This document shows positions 12,375 to 25,190 of a stretch of DNA of 64,000 nt, one piece after another. A program made the translations under genes and the position numbers. Under the pieces are notes generated by a model that saw nothing but the letters and a program-made list of their open reading frames with translations, made no database searches and had not been told where the DNA came from. Position 1 is the first letter of the stretch. Each line of letters starts with the position of its first letter. The stretch spans positions 62,001 to 126,000 of the forward strand of contig NW_026781408.1 in assembly GCF_030144855.1 (NCBI RefSeq), in the 5' to 3' direction. Origin of the DNA: Hypanus sabinus. Taxonomy: Eukaryota.

Positions 12375-14740
12375 GAGATGGCTTTTTAGAACAGCTTATT
12401 GTTGAGCCCACTAGGGGATCATCTGTACTGGATTGGGTGTTGTGTAATGAATCAGAGTTGATTAGAGAGATGGAAGTGAAGGAACCCTTAGGAGGCAGTG
12501 ATCACAACATGACTGAGTTCCTGTGAAATTTGAGAAAGAGAAGCCGAAATCCGATGTGTCAGTATTTCAGTGGAGTAAAGGAAATTACAGTGGCATGAGA
12601 GAGGAACTGGCCAAGGTTGACTGGAAAGGGACACTAGCAGGAAGGACGGCAGAGCAGCAGTAGCTGGAGTTCATGTGAGAAGTGAGGAAGATATATTCCA
12701 AAGAAAAAGAAATTTTCAAATGGAAAAAGGATGCAACCATGGCTGACAAGCGCAGACAAATCCAAAGTAAAAGCAAAGCAGAGGGCATACAAGGAAACAA
12801 AACTTAGTGGGAAGAAAGTGGATTGGGAAGTTTTTAAAAGCTTACAAAAGGGAACTAAGAAGGTCATTAAGAGTGAAAAATTGAACCATGAAAGGGAGGT
12901 AGCAAATAATATCAAAGAGGATAATGAAAGATTTTAAAGTACATAAAGAGTAAAAGTCAGGTGAGAGTAGATATAGGACCAATAGAAAATGATGCTGGAG
13001 AAATTGTACTGGGAGAAAAGGAGATGGTTAGAAACTGAATGTGTATTTTGCATCAGTCTTCACTGAGGAAAGCTTCTGCAATATACCGGACATTCAAGGG
13101 TGTCAGGGAAGAGCAATATGCACAGTCACAATCACGACAGAGAAAGTACTCAGGAAGCAGTATAGTCTAAGGGTAGATACGTCTTCTGGACCAGATGGAA
13201 TGTACCCTCATGTTCTGAAGGAAGAAGCAGTGGAGATTGCGGAGGCATTTGCAATCATCTTTCAAAAGTCAACAGATTCTGGTCTGGTTCCGGAGGACAG
13301 GAAGATTGCAAATGTCACTCGGCTATTTAAGAAGGGGGCAAGGAAGCAAAAAGGAAATCTTGACATCAGTGGTTGGGAAGTTGTTGGAGTCGATTGTCAA
13401 GGATGAGATTACGGAGTACCTGGAGACATATGACAAGATAGGCCGAACTCAGCATGGTTTCCTTAAAGGAAAATCCTGTCTGACAAACCTCGTGCAAATT
13501 TTGGAGGAAATTACAAGCAGGCTAGACAAGGGAGATGTGGTGGATGTTGTGTATTGGATTTTCAGAAGGCCCTTGACAAGGGGCCACACATGAGGCTGCT
13601 AAACAAGATAAGAGCCCATAGAATCACAGGAGAGTTGCATACGTGGATTGAGCATTGGTTGATTGGCAGGAAACAGAGAGTGGGAATAAAGGGATTCCAT
13701 TCTGGTTGGCTGCCAGTTACCAGGGGTCCACAGGGGTCCGTGTTGGGGCCGCTTCTTTTTACGTTGTATATCAACGATCTGGATTATGGAATTGATGGCT
13801 TTGAGGCTAATTTTGCTGATGATACAAAGATAGGTGGAGTGGCCCGTAGTGCTGAGGAAACAGAGTCTGCAGAGAGACTTGAATAGATTGAGGGAATGGG
13901 CAAAGAAATGGCAAATGAATTAGAATGTCGGAAAGTGTACGGTCAAGCTCTTTGGAAGAAGAAATAAATGGCCAGACTATTATTTAAGTGGGGAGAGAAT
14001 TCAAAGTTCTGAGAGGCAACAGGACTTGGGAGTTCTCGTGCAGGATAACCTTAAGGTTAACCTCCAAGTTGAGTCGGTGGTGAAGAAGGCGAATGCAATG
14101 TTGGCATTCATTTCTAGAGGTATAGAGTATGGGCGCAGGGATGTGATGTTGAGGCTCTATAAGGAACTGGTAAGACTTCACTTGGAATACTGTGTGCAGT
14201 TTTGGACTCCTTATTTAAGAAAGGATGTATTGACATTGGAGAAGGTTCAGAGAAGATTCACTAGAAGGATTCTGGGAATAAGAGGGTTAACATATGAGGA
14301 ATGTTTGACTGCTCTTGGACTGTACTCCTTGGAGTTTAGAAGAATGAGGGGGGACCTCATAGAAACATTTCGAATGTTGGAAGGCATGGACAGAGTGGAT
14401 GTGGCAAAGTTGTTTCCCATGGTGGGGGAGTCCAGTACGAGAGGACATGACTTGAGGATTGCAGGGCGCCCATTCAGAATGGAGATGTGAAAACATTTTT
14501 TCAGCCAGAGGGTGGTGAATCTGTGGAATTTGTTGCCACGGGTGGCAGTGGAGGCCAGGTCATTGGGTGTATTTAATGCAGAGATTGATAGGTATCTGAG
14601 CAGTCAGGGCATCAAAGGTTATGGTGAGAAGTCGGGCGAAAGAGACTAAAGGGGAGATTGGATCAGCTCATGTTGAAACGGCGGCGCAGACTCAATGGCT
14701 GACTATCTGAATAGCTGACTTCTGCTTCGTCTTATGGTCA
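12375..14740 (+). mobile_element. 5'-truncated CR1 LINE (end of endonuclease, RT, 3' UTR), frameshifted
   Basis: SDH motif, QHGFLKGKSCLTNL, DFQKALD, PQGSVLGP, FADD, LEYCVQFW..RRMRGDLIE, and a CR1-type 3' tail. Confidence 0.95.
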
Positions 14741-15196
14741 AATGGGCTCCAAGCACCGGACCCTACGACAGCCAATGGGAAATCCTGCAGACCCAAAAAG
14801 GGTCTGGTTATTCTTTCTCAATAGACGCACAGACAACAGGAACAGGCCTCTCAGCCCATCCAGTCATTCAATGACCCAAGACCAGTCCATCCTTGCACCC
14901 CAACACCACTCCAATCCAGATCAACAGTCTGTCAGGGTTTGCCCCCCAAAGTGGTGGATATGTCTGCTTACCACCACCGTGTGCTCAGACATTTCCAATG
15001 GTGAGCTTGTCCCTTCCCTCACTATTAATTGGCTCCTTCCCCCATCCTGCTCCTTGATCCCCCACTGGGACAAACATCCTCTGAGGCTCCATGCTGTCCT
15101 CCCCCCTCACACCATCTTTACTCTCTCAGTAAAATCCCTCACCCTCATCCTTCTGCCGGATCACTCACTCCCGGGTTTATAAATGCCCCAAATTAC

Positions 15197-15600
15197 CTCG
15201 GAGGGAAATGGAAATAAATCAAGAAGTGGGACATTTACTTTGAGGTTTGTTACGCTCTGACGGGGAGTTCAGCAGAAGCAGGAAATGGGTTCAGCAGTGG
15301 CAACAATCTCTCGGCTACTCTGCTTCCGCGATTGGGTGTAACCAGTGATTGACATTGTTTCGCACCAATGGGAATAGCTCAGCTCATAAACCCTCTGTTA
15401 ACCGTGGTGGTGGGTCAGGTGATTTTTACCTTATGCATTAAAGATCAAATGTCTCAGTGTGAATGTGACACAAGGAACTGCACGCATCACTGCATCAGAT
15501 CCCGGTGTGAGGAACCCAGACCTGACATCAGGCGCAGAGTGACGTTATGTGTGGGTGAGATCTTGTTTTCAAAAGCTGTTTAATGGGTGTTTTTAATGAT
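15197..15600 (-). promoter_or_regulatory. Second copy of the promoter module plus minus-strand first exon
   Basis: GATTGGGTGTAACCAGTGATTGAC..CACCAATGGG, colinear with 10588-11110. Confidence 0.55.
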
Positions 15601-17117
15601 TTCAGGGTACAAAGGAGGAAACTTAACGGGCTTTATCACTGAATCCAGTGCTGTGTGACGTAAAGTCCCCTGATATGTGTCCGGCTTTGCCATGTTGTTG
15701 ATGGCTGGGCTGCATGGCCTTTTTCTCGAGTTGGGTCACAAAACCCCAAATGTTTCCTGGGAGGATCTTCAGGGTGATTTGATCTGAGGTGGTTCAATCA
15801 GTGCGGTGTCCTGTTGTTCACTAATTTCATAAACAACGTGTTTGCTAGTGTAAACCAGAATTGCCAGCAGGGTAAACACAGATTTGTGTCAGTGAACAAA
15901 ATCTCTGCATTCTTTGTCTCCTCGGAAACTAATCAATCTGACAATGTGGACCACAGATACCGCTTAATCTAAAACTGAGTGAACCATTCAGACAGCTGAT
16001 CGCCGAGAGGAATCATGTTTGTTGGTCATTAATTTTCACCCAGAGTCATTTGAATGGAGTTAATGTAGAGTTCAGAGGTGTCACCATGAAAGGACAAACA
16101 CTCTACAGTTTCCCTCCGACGTCCGGCCATAGGTAGTTACGCAGGGACCTCCTGCAAATGGCAGCACAATGCCAACCCCAGCTGATGTCAGCGGGCAGCG
16201 GAGAGGAAGGCGCTGATCTCAGGTTCGTGTAAATACATGACTGGTTGCAATGGGAAAGGGTCGGGTCTGAGCCCGACACCTGCACAGTCTGGGCTCTCCA
16301 GTGCTGCAGCCCTGGTTTCAGTTTTGCTCCCGAGCCAGGATTGTGGGATCAATTAGTTGTGGTTCCCGAAGCTGGAAGTGTGGACATGGGTGAAGGGAAT
16401 CTGTCTACGTGTACAGGTGTGGGATAAATCGTGGGAGTGTTGTGGTGGGATTGCCGGGGTGGAGGGTGTTTGGGGCGCGACCTGGGAGGATGGGTCCGGG
16501 GGCAAATTAAGTTGTAAACAAGGAAGGATCTGGTCCATTGGATCAGACAGTTCATGTGCCCTAAGAATCTCTTTATATTAATTACTGTCTAATCTTGTTG
16601 CGAACATTGTGTTTGTTACACAACCCCAGAGTCTGGGAACAGCTGGATTGTACGAAGCAAAGTGTGATGATGAGAGGCTGTTTATTGCACTTGAGCCCAG
16701 TGCCTAGTGAGGTTTTCCATGGTTACACCTATTGCAACTTGTCATCTATGTCAATAATTTGGTTGAGAATGTATAGGTTATGGGTAATGAGTTTGCAGCA
16801 AATAATTTTAAACAATTACATTTTTTTAAGATCTTAAGTATAAATACTCCCGTCTCCCTCTCCCCATTCAGAACTAACCCCCACTGCAGCTACTTCAGAA
16901 GATGCAAGATCTGCAAATGATCAAACACTGAGGTAATGTGAATGACTTTGTAGAGCTGGACTGCTGACAACACATTACCAAATCTGGAGTGATTGCAACT
17001 GGATCTGTCAGAGGCAACTGATACTTCTGGGCACATTCTGTCTCACTCCAACTATTTCCTATCTTTGTGCAGGTATGTAATGGGGACAGGACCAATGTCT
17101 GAGTAAATGAGACTCAC

Positions 17118-17286
17118 CAAACTTTCTCCTGACTGAATGAATGTTAACTCTGAGTCAGATGGGTTCTGTCCAGTTGATGCTCTCAGTCCTTGGGCAGGTT
17201 CACTTGCTGCTGTTCCCTCGTCTACAGTCGTGGTTTGCTTCCAGATGTGGGCTTTTCTTCCAATAAATCTCTCAACACAGGTCTAA
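17118..17286 (-). other. Putative exon (..DEGTAASEPAQGLRASTGQNPSDSELTFIQSGESL)
   Basis: Pyrimidine-rich acceptor (TTTCTGTTTAAAG, or the adjacent TTAG) and donor TTG|GTGAGT. One frame is open for about 55 codons. Confidence 0.4.
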
Positions 17287-18834
17287 CTTTAAACAGAAAG
17301 ACAATGAAACACGTTAACAATGCAAAGGGGAACATTTCTGCTCAATGTACCAAAAAACATAAGCTCACTGAAATTTAATTATTAAAGACAAATATAATGA
17401 TCTGAGTGAAGAAATCTATAATTGTCCGTCACATGTCACAAACCCTTACATGGGATAGGAAGGAGTCATCGTTCAGTTATGGTAAGACTGAAGACGCAGG
17501 AATAGAATTAGGTGATTCAGTCCATCAAGTCTACTCCACTATTCAACCATGGCTGATTTTATTCCAACAGCATGTTCCTGCCTTCCTCCTGTAACCCTGA
17601 AGGTGATTAGCAATCTTTTCTGGAAATTTAAGCTATTCCAGAGTGAATGTAATAAAGAGAAACTGGAATTACCAGAAACACTCAACAGGTAAGGAACAGC
17701 TGTGGGGAAAGGAACAAATTTGATGATTCACGTTCACAACTTTCGTTACAAAGTCTTCAAATATTTTCAGGTTTTGGTGCAGATCTGCAGCATCTGAAGC
17801 TTCTGTTTGATTTTCACTATCTGACAGAGACTTGAGACTGAGGGTGGATTTCCAAACACCATCTGAACCATTTTTCCTGGTGCAAAGATGGAACAGCCCA
17901 TTTAATCACAGCTTCATCCTATGACGGATGGAATGGGAACTCATTCTCTCCTCAGATTAGCAGTGATTGTTTCCAAATGAACTCGATCACCAGACATCGG
18001 AACCCAGATCAGAAACACCTACTCAACCGCTCATAAATACAGGTAATGTCACCTGCGGGTTCATTACTGGGTGACATTCCAGGCCAACCATCACAGGGTC
18101 ACAGAGCTGTACCTGCTACTTACCTACCCTGGAATCCTCACACACTCCCCCCACGTCTCACATGGAGTAGTCTAATCAGGAATTTTCCTGCAACAAATTT
18201 CCAGACACCCAGTCACCACTTCTGATTCATTGGGGAAGGAGGACCATTCAGCCCCATCTGCAGAAATACGGAACTGGGCTGAAGCCAGTTCCACACTGTT
18301 GGGAGTCTCCACCCCAGGCTTATTACTCTCCCATTACTCTTTGCTGTCAGTAATGTGCTGCAGTGTCTCAGCCATTCACAGTTCAAAAACTCATACTACC
18401 ACACCGACAGAACTGGAACCTGATGATCCTCTCACAGATCCATGTAATAATGACCGATTCTGTATTAACTCCGAGGCTAAAAGTGCAACAGAATTGATGA
18501 AGACAAAGGTTAAAAGAAAGACTGAATGATGTGGTGGGATATAGGTTGAACAAGATGGTTGATATATATCATTGAGGTGGTGGGATACAGACTGGACAGA
18601 GGTTGAACAAGATGGTTGATATACATCACTGAGGTGGCTGGATACAGGCTAGACAACGGTTGAACGAGATGAGTGAGGAATGAGCAGATGGAACCAGGTG
18701 GGAGAAGGGATCAAGGACGATCACTGATGGTCCTCTAGCAATACACAGATACGGAATTAATGATACATACTGTGACACTCTCAGAGGAGGGGGATGGGGG
18801 GAGGAGAGGAGGGTCTGGTCGACAGCCCACACCT

Positions 18835-19100
18835 ACATTTGTGGAGTCGGCTGATGGTGCAGTATCAGCTCCCGGCTCGCGAACGGAGGGTCTGAGCTCG
18901 ATCCAGTGACGGACCACTCCCAAGTGTGCACTCCATCCATGCCAGGTTGCTGTCGATCTTGCAACTCGACCTTTTAAAAAAACACTGCCACATCCATTTT
19001 AAAATCGCACGTGGAATATTGTGGAGGATCAAATACCCAAATCCAAACAGCTCTGTTTATTGTTCTTGTGTGAAAATGCTTTTGTGGGGTTATGATGGTA
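18835..19100 (+). mobile_element. SINE-like element
   Basis: tRNA-like head followed by GTCGATCTTGCAACTCGACC-A-run. The family is not firmly assigned. Confidence 0.4.
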
Positions 19101-21299
19101 TGTTCCAGTTCATTTATTGTTACCTTTTAGCTTGGATTGTACAGTTTTTGCTTGTCTATTTCTGGGCCACCCTAACTGTAAGTGGGGTGTGTGAAGATTA
19201 CCTCCCTTGTCTGTATGACACTGGTTAGGTTCACTCTCCGGGTCCTGCTGGCTGGTCTATTTTAAGTTTATCACAATAAAACTGCTGAGTTTAATGAGCT
19301 ACCTCGTCTGTCATTATGGAACAAATGTTCACCACAATACTACTGTATAAAAGATCCCAAAGGAACAAACCTAGAACAAACCACAAGAACTTTGGTATGC
19401 TTTGCCCATCACCAAATGTTATCAATACAGCATATTTTCCATCCGGATACTTCATGGCTTGGTATGGTGACTGCAAGGAACTGCAGAGTTACGGACACAG
19501 ATCAGCTCATCACAGAAAACAGTTTCCTCTACATGAACTCTTTCTGGACTTCCCACTCTCTCGGTAAAATGAAAGATCCCCACAACCTGGGACATTCTCC
19601 TTTCTCACCCACCCCAATTAGGGAGAAGGTAGAAGAGCCCCGAAGCACATATCACCAGGCTTAAAACCGGCTTATCTGAACTGAAAAAGTTTTTGAGAAG
19701 TTCCAGGAAGCGAGGTGAAGTCGACAGTTTGGGAAGTTAACGGGACTCATTGGCAATATCAGATTTCCTCAACAAAGGAAAAGATGCTTGTGCTGCGCAG
19801 CACAAAATGGTGACTGTACTCTGTCGGCCAAAAATCACTGCCATTCCGCGGACTCTCAGCATGCGCGATGTGATTTTCACATCACAGCCGGAAGGGGTGG
19901 GGGGCCTCGGGGAAAAAAGCTGCAGGCTGCAGATCTGCGGCGAAATCAGAGCGGAAAGCAGGATACCGTGACCGGTCGGTGCGTCTCCCCGACAATAAAC
20001 CGGGTCCATAAGACACAGGAGCAGAATTAGGCCGCTTGGCCCATCGAATCTGCTCCGGCGTTCAATCACGGCTGATCTTTTTCTTCCCCTCCTCACAGCC
20101 CCACTCCACGGCCTTCTTATCGTAACCTACAAAATCTCCCTCTTAAATAACCTCCAACATGGCCCCCACAGCTCGCTCTGCTGATTTCACAAATTCACTG
20201 CACTCTGGCTAAAGAAATTCCTCCGCACACAAAATGCTGTGTTCCACAGTAACTGAGTAAATGGCCGACAGCTCGGGAAGTTACCGGGACTCACTGCCCA
20301 ACATCAGACAACCAGACTTGACACTGGCCTCAGTACTCACCGATGGGAATCTGAATTCCAGCCCGAGGAGGCGAGGACCCGTTCCCTCCCTCTACCACCC
20401 CTCCCCCGCAGACGATCCGCTTCAACAACGAACGGGATGAAAATAAACCACCCCCCACCCGGGGTTGTGTGAGCGCGCAGGGTGATTATTGCGGAGGGTG
20501 CAAATTCCACTGACCGACCCAGCAGACTCCGTGAGGAAAACAAACTTGCCCCTCACATCTTCTGCAACCTACCTTATCTTTGACATTTGAACTCTGGGGA
20601 AAAAGATATCGTCTGCATATTCTACGTATTCCGCTCGTAATCTTTAAACGTCCATCCAGTCTCACCCCAGCCTGCGCCGCTCTGGAGAAAACAACACGTT
20701 TGTCCAGCCTCTCGTTATAGCTCATGCCCTCTAATCCAGGCAGTGTCCTGGTAAACCTCATCTGCGCCCTCTCCAAAGCCCCGACATCCTTCCGAGAATG
20801 GGGGCGACCAGAACCGTATGAAACACACACAACCCGGACCGACCCCGGCAGATTCTGTGAAGGAAGCGAGGCGAGGCCGTCAGTTCGGGAAAGTTCATCC
20901 CCTCCCCCTTCAGGCTTCACCGATCGCCTTGTGTTTCTCTCTCCCTCCCCACCCCCACCTTTTATTCTCCAGTCCTGCCGAAGGGTTTCGGCCGGTAATG
21001 TCGACTGTCCTCTTTTCCTGGATTCTGCCCGGCCTGCTGAGTTCCTCCGGCATTTTGTGCGCGTTGCTCGCATTTCCAGCAACTTCAGATTTTCTCTTGT
21101 TTGAGTTCGGGAAAGCGAATGGGACTCTGAAGTTTAAATGGACTTTTAAGATAAAGGGAAAGTTAAAGCTCGGGACCGGCATCAACACTCACCAATGGAA
21201 AGTCGTTGGTGTCGCTCCGCAGAGAATAATCCGTCTCCGGCTCCCCGCCCCAGGGGGCGAGGACCCGGACCCGCTGCCAATCCGACCACCGACCCACTT

Positions 21300-21440
21300 C
21301 AACAAAGAACGAGAAACACTGCCCCTGCAGCACTGAGCATGCGCAGTGTCATCAGGGCGTCATCACAGCGGTGGGCGGGGCCTCTGAAAGGAACTACCCT
21401 GCTACGAGGGAAAACGGGATTACGTGACGGTGGTGGGTCT
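21300..21440. promoter_or_regulatory. CpG-island promoter with an NRF1-like site and a GC box
   Basis: GCATGCGCA at 21337-21345 and GGGCGGGG at 21373-21380 within the CpG-rich 19790-21620 region. Minus-strand donors TTG|GTGAGT at 21192 and TCG|GTGAGT at 20340. Confidence 0.6.
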
Positions 21441-21464
21441 CCCACGTGTCCCGGTGACTCCGCT

Positions 21465-22540
21465 CGTCGCCCCTCACACGCTGCCCGACCCACAGCTGCA
21501 TTTCCCACATTATTTCATATTTACACCAGATACGTTTTGCATTTTTCTTATGTATCTCCCCGTCCGATCCTCCACCTCCCCGGGTCGCGGTTACGGGTTC
21601 GATTCCCATCCCGGTCCAACACACAGTTCAGACGCAAAACAGAATTGCCCACACAAAATGCAGGAGGAACACAGCAGGAACGTCAGGAACGAATGGTCCA
21701 CAGGGCTTCTCCCTATAGATGCTGCCTGGCCTGCTGTGTTCCACCAGCATTTTGTGTGTGTTGTTGTTCACATTTCCAGCATCTGCTGACTTCCTCATGT
21801 TTGCTCCAAAACAGAATTGTTCTGGTTTCATTTAAATAAATCTATGTTTATAAACACTAATATCTATTCACTTTCCTCAGGCCTCACTGGACAGGAACAC
21901 TGAAGCATCAAGTGAGAAACAGCAGGATGTGGCCATTCTAACCAGCAACAAGATGGCGGCTGCTGTCCCATCTCAGCCACATGTTTCTGTCCAATCCTCA
22001 TTTCCGCGATCCCTTCGCTCTCCACACAACTGCCGGCCTTTGATTTATGTGAGGATGATCGCTGAGTCTCCACCGCCCTCTGTGGTGGGGATTTACAGAC
22101 ATTTACCACCCTCGGAGTGGAGACATTTCCCCTCATTTCAGTCCCGGACCGTCCATCCCCTTTTTCAGAGACTGGGATCCCTGCTTCAACCGGTAATGAT
22201 GTTGTGCATTTCAGTGTTCACCTCTCAGTCCTCGATTCTCTAAATGAAAGGGTTATATCATTTGATATTTCTCCATATGATGACCCCACCACCTCAGGGA
22301 TCAGTCTGGTGAATCTTTATTGCACTCTCTATAACAAATACTCTCTAACCTCTTTGTAATTAATTTCCATCTTCTGCAGCCCCGTGTTGCCCCAAACACT
22401 CACCTCCCACCCCGTCACTATTTCCACCTTCCCACCTCCCCCCTCGCCTGGATCCACCTCTCAATCCCCAGCTCTTGCCCCATCCCGACCCCTCACCTCT
22501 TTTCTCTGACTATTTCCCGTCCACTCTCAGTCCAGAGGGT
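21465..22540 (+). repeat. Segmental duplicate of 25925-26850
   Basis: Colinear from CGCCCCTCACA(C/T)GCTGCCCGACCC to TTTCCCGTCCACTCTCAGTCCAGAGGG. Confidence 0.9.
21648..21806. mobile_element. Palindromic Penelope-derived element with a 13-bp target-site duplication
   Basis: CAAAACAGAATTG at 21635-21647 and 21807-21819. The paralog at about 26105 has the empty site. Confidence 0.85.
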
Positions 22541-22544
22541 ATGT

Positions 22545-24430
22545 CCTCTTCAAAATTTAAAGTGGATTGTGTTGGCCCTTTGCCAAAGACTAAAGCTGGC
22601 CATCCGTATCTGCTAACTATTATGTGTACTGCATCCAGATTCCCAGAGGCAATACCTCTCAGAAATATTAAAGCTAAAACTGTGGTGAAGGGTCTTACCA
22701 AGTTTTTTACTTTATTTGGTTTGCCTAAAAAAATCCAGTCTGATAAAGGAAGTAATTTTACATCTGGATTATTCCAGCAGGTAGTTTATGAACGGGGAAC
22801 TAAACAAATTACATCATCTGCATACCATCCAGAATCACAAGGGGCTTTAGAAAGATTTCTTTCTGCCCTCAAAGCCATGATTGAGACATATTGTGTTGAA
22901 AATGGAAAAGACTGGAATGAAGGAATACATTTGCTTTTGTTCGCAGTAAGAGAGTCAGTACAGGAAACACTAGGATTTACTCCATTTGAGCTTGTATTTG
23001 GTTGTAGAGTGAGGGGAACTTTGACCTTGTTAAAGGAACAGTGGATTAATGGGGATGTACATGTTAACTTGTTAGACTATGTTTTGAAGATCAAAGATAA
23101 ACTACTCCACACCTGAGGTCTAGCGAGACAAAACTTAGATTTCTCAAAACAAAATGAAGTGTTGGTTTGATAGGAGGGCTTGCGAAAGAAAATACCAGGT
23201 GGGGATAAGGTGCTTACCTTATGTTGAAGAATGTTGACAAATCCACCTCAGGCGAATCTCAATGGACCGTATAAAATAGTCTCTCAAATTAATGATCTGA
23301 ATTGTGTTATTAAAACACCCGACCAATGTAAACTAACACAGGTGGTACACATAAATATGATAAAGCCTTATTTTGACAAGCAGGCACCATCTGTGAGTGT
23401 TGTTGTCAAAACATATGAATCTGGCAAACCTGCGAATGAAACAATTGACTCGTCTGAGAATTTTCACAAGCCAAACGTGGTCCCAGTTAGGCTAATGAAC
23501 TCGGTTGTTCTGGAAAACATTGATAACAAGTTGGCTCATCTGCAGCCAAAGCAACAACAACAGCTGAAGGAATTAATTCTGGAGTTTAAAGATGTATTCC
23601 CCGTTGTTCCCAAGCAAACCACGGTTGCAGCACATGATGTAGATAATGGTCAAGCCAAACCAATTAAACAACACCCATATTGCATGAATGCAGAAAAGTG
23701 TAAATTGCCTGAGCATGGAATTGAATATATACTGGAAAATGGTATTATTAGTCCTTTAGCAGCAGATTGCTCACCCTGTGTTATTGTGCCCAAACCTGAT
23801 GGTAGTGTTAGATTTTGCACTGATTATAGGAAGGTAAATGCAGTAACAAAAACAGATGCCTATCCTATCCTTAGGGTGGATGATTGCATCGATAATGTTG
23901 GAAAAGCTAAATTTCTTACAAAGATTGATCTTTTGAAAGGATATTGATGTGTTCCATTGATGGACAGAGGTAGAGAAATTTCTGCATTTGTGACACCATC
24001 TGGTTTGTGTGAATACAATGTTTTACCTTTTGGAAGGAAAAATAATCCAGGAACATTCCAGAGAATGTTTGATTCTGTAATTCGAGGATTAGAACATACA
24101 GATGCCTATATTGATGACTTAGTCACAGGAGTGCCACTTGGGAAGAGCATATCTCTGCAGTAGAAAAGCTATTTGACAGGCTTTCCCAGTCCAGCCTTAC
24201 AGTTAACTTGGCTAAGAGTGACCGCCATGCCACTGTGACCTGTCTTGGCTATGTTGTAGGTCAAAGCAAGTTGGCTCCTGTTCGGGCAAAAGTCCAGGCA
24301 ATTTCTTCAGTTCCTATTCTGACGCTGAGAAGTTTCTGGAAGAACTTTGCTGCTTTGCTCTTCCTCTGACCAATCTCCTGAAGAAGGGTGAAATGTTTGT
24401 TTGGACAGAGATGCATTTGATCGATTGTTA
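22545..24430 (+). mobile_element. Gmr1-like gypsy internal fragment (integrase core followed by RT)
   Basis: ORF 22475-23116 (DCVGP..SDKGSNF..GALERF) lies upstream of RT ORFs 23231-24163 (RFCTDYRKVN, YIDD). Confidence 0.93.
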
Positions 24431-24434
24431 TCAG

Positions 24435-25190
24435 TATTTGAGATTAGGCCAATCAATGTAGTGCTGACAGCAAATTTAATTAGCAGATTGGAGCTGTGGG
24501 TGGCAACACAAGTCATGGGTGCACAGAGAGTAAAGGAGAGGGCCAAAGAGACAACCCTGTGGGGTATGTGTGCTGAGGGTCAGAGAGACAGAGGAGATGG
24601 AGCCCACTCTTACCACCTGCCGGCGATCTGACAGGAAGTCCAGGATCCAGCTACACAAGGCAGTGTGAAGGCCGAGGTCTCTGAGCTTCTTGTCGATACT
24701 TCACGCCTTTGTCTGGCTACTGCTCTGCCCATGACTGCAAGGAACTGCAGAGAACTTTGGAGGGCAGAGAACATCAGAGAAACAAGCCTCCCCTCCATGG
24801 ACTCTTCCTACACTTGCCCTCCCTCGGAAAAGCAGGCCATGTACTCAAAGACCCTCATAACCTGGTCATTCTCGCTGCAAACCCGCTCCCCCATCGGGGA
24901 AGAGATACAAAAGCCTTAAAGCGCGAACCACCCGGCTCAAGGACGGCTTCCTGTCTGCAGTTAAAAGCCAAATGAATGATAAAATGGTCTCGACCTCACA
25001 ATGTAACTCGACGTGACCCTGCACCATTTGTCTATCTGCACTGCACTTTCCCTGCAGCCACAATGCTTTGTTACAGTGATTATTTTGTTGTATATCAGCT
25101 CAATGTACCGTCGTAATGTATCGATCTGTGTGGATGGTACATCAGGTAAGATTTTCACTGTAGATCAGTACATGATGATGATAAACAAAT
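24435..25190. mobile_element. Rex1-like LINE pieces: minus-strand RT (about 24435-24700) and plus-strand 3' end (about 24700-25190)
   Basis: CSWILDFLSDRRQVVRVG..PQGC. The identical arrangement recurs at 47430-48100. Confidence 0.75.

Noticed and set aside
16100-16580. Pro-rich minus-strand reading frames
   Set aside because: Multiple stops and no assignable family; probably an old TE fragment.
19690-21180. GAS/ISRE-like words (TTCCAGGAA at 19701, GGAAAG repeats) and a roughly 45-bp direct repeat (19722/20267)
   Set aside because: Short motifs expected by chance; no supporting evidence without functional data.
20486-21839. ORFs of 170-214 aa in the CpG island
   Set aside because: They cross CR1 and palindromic-element fragments and reflect high GC content; no domain signal.
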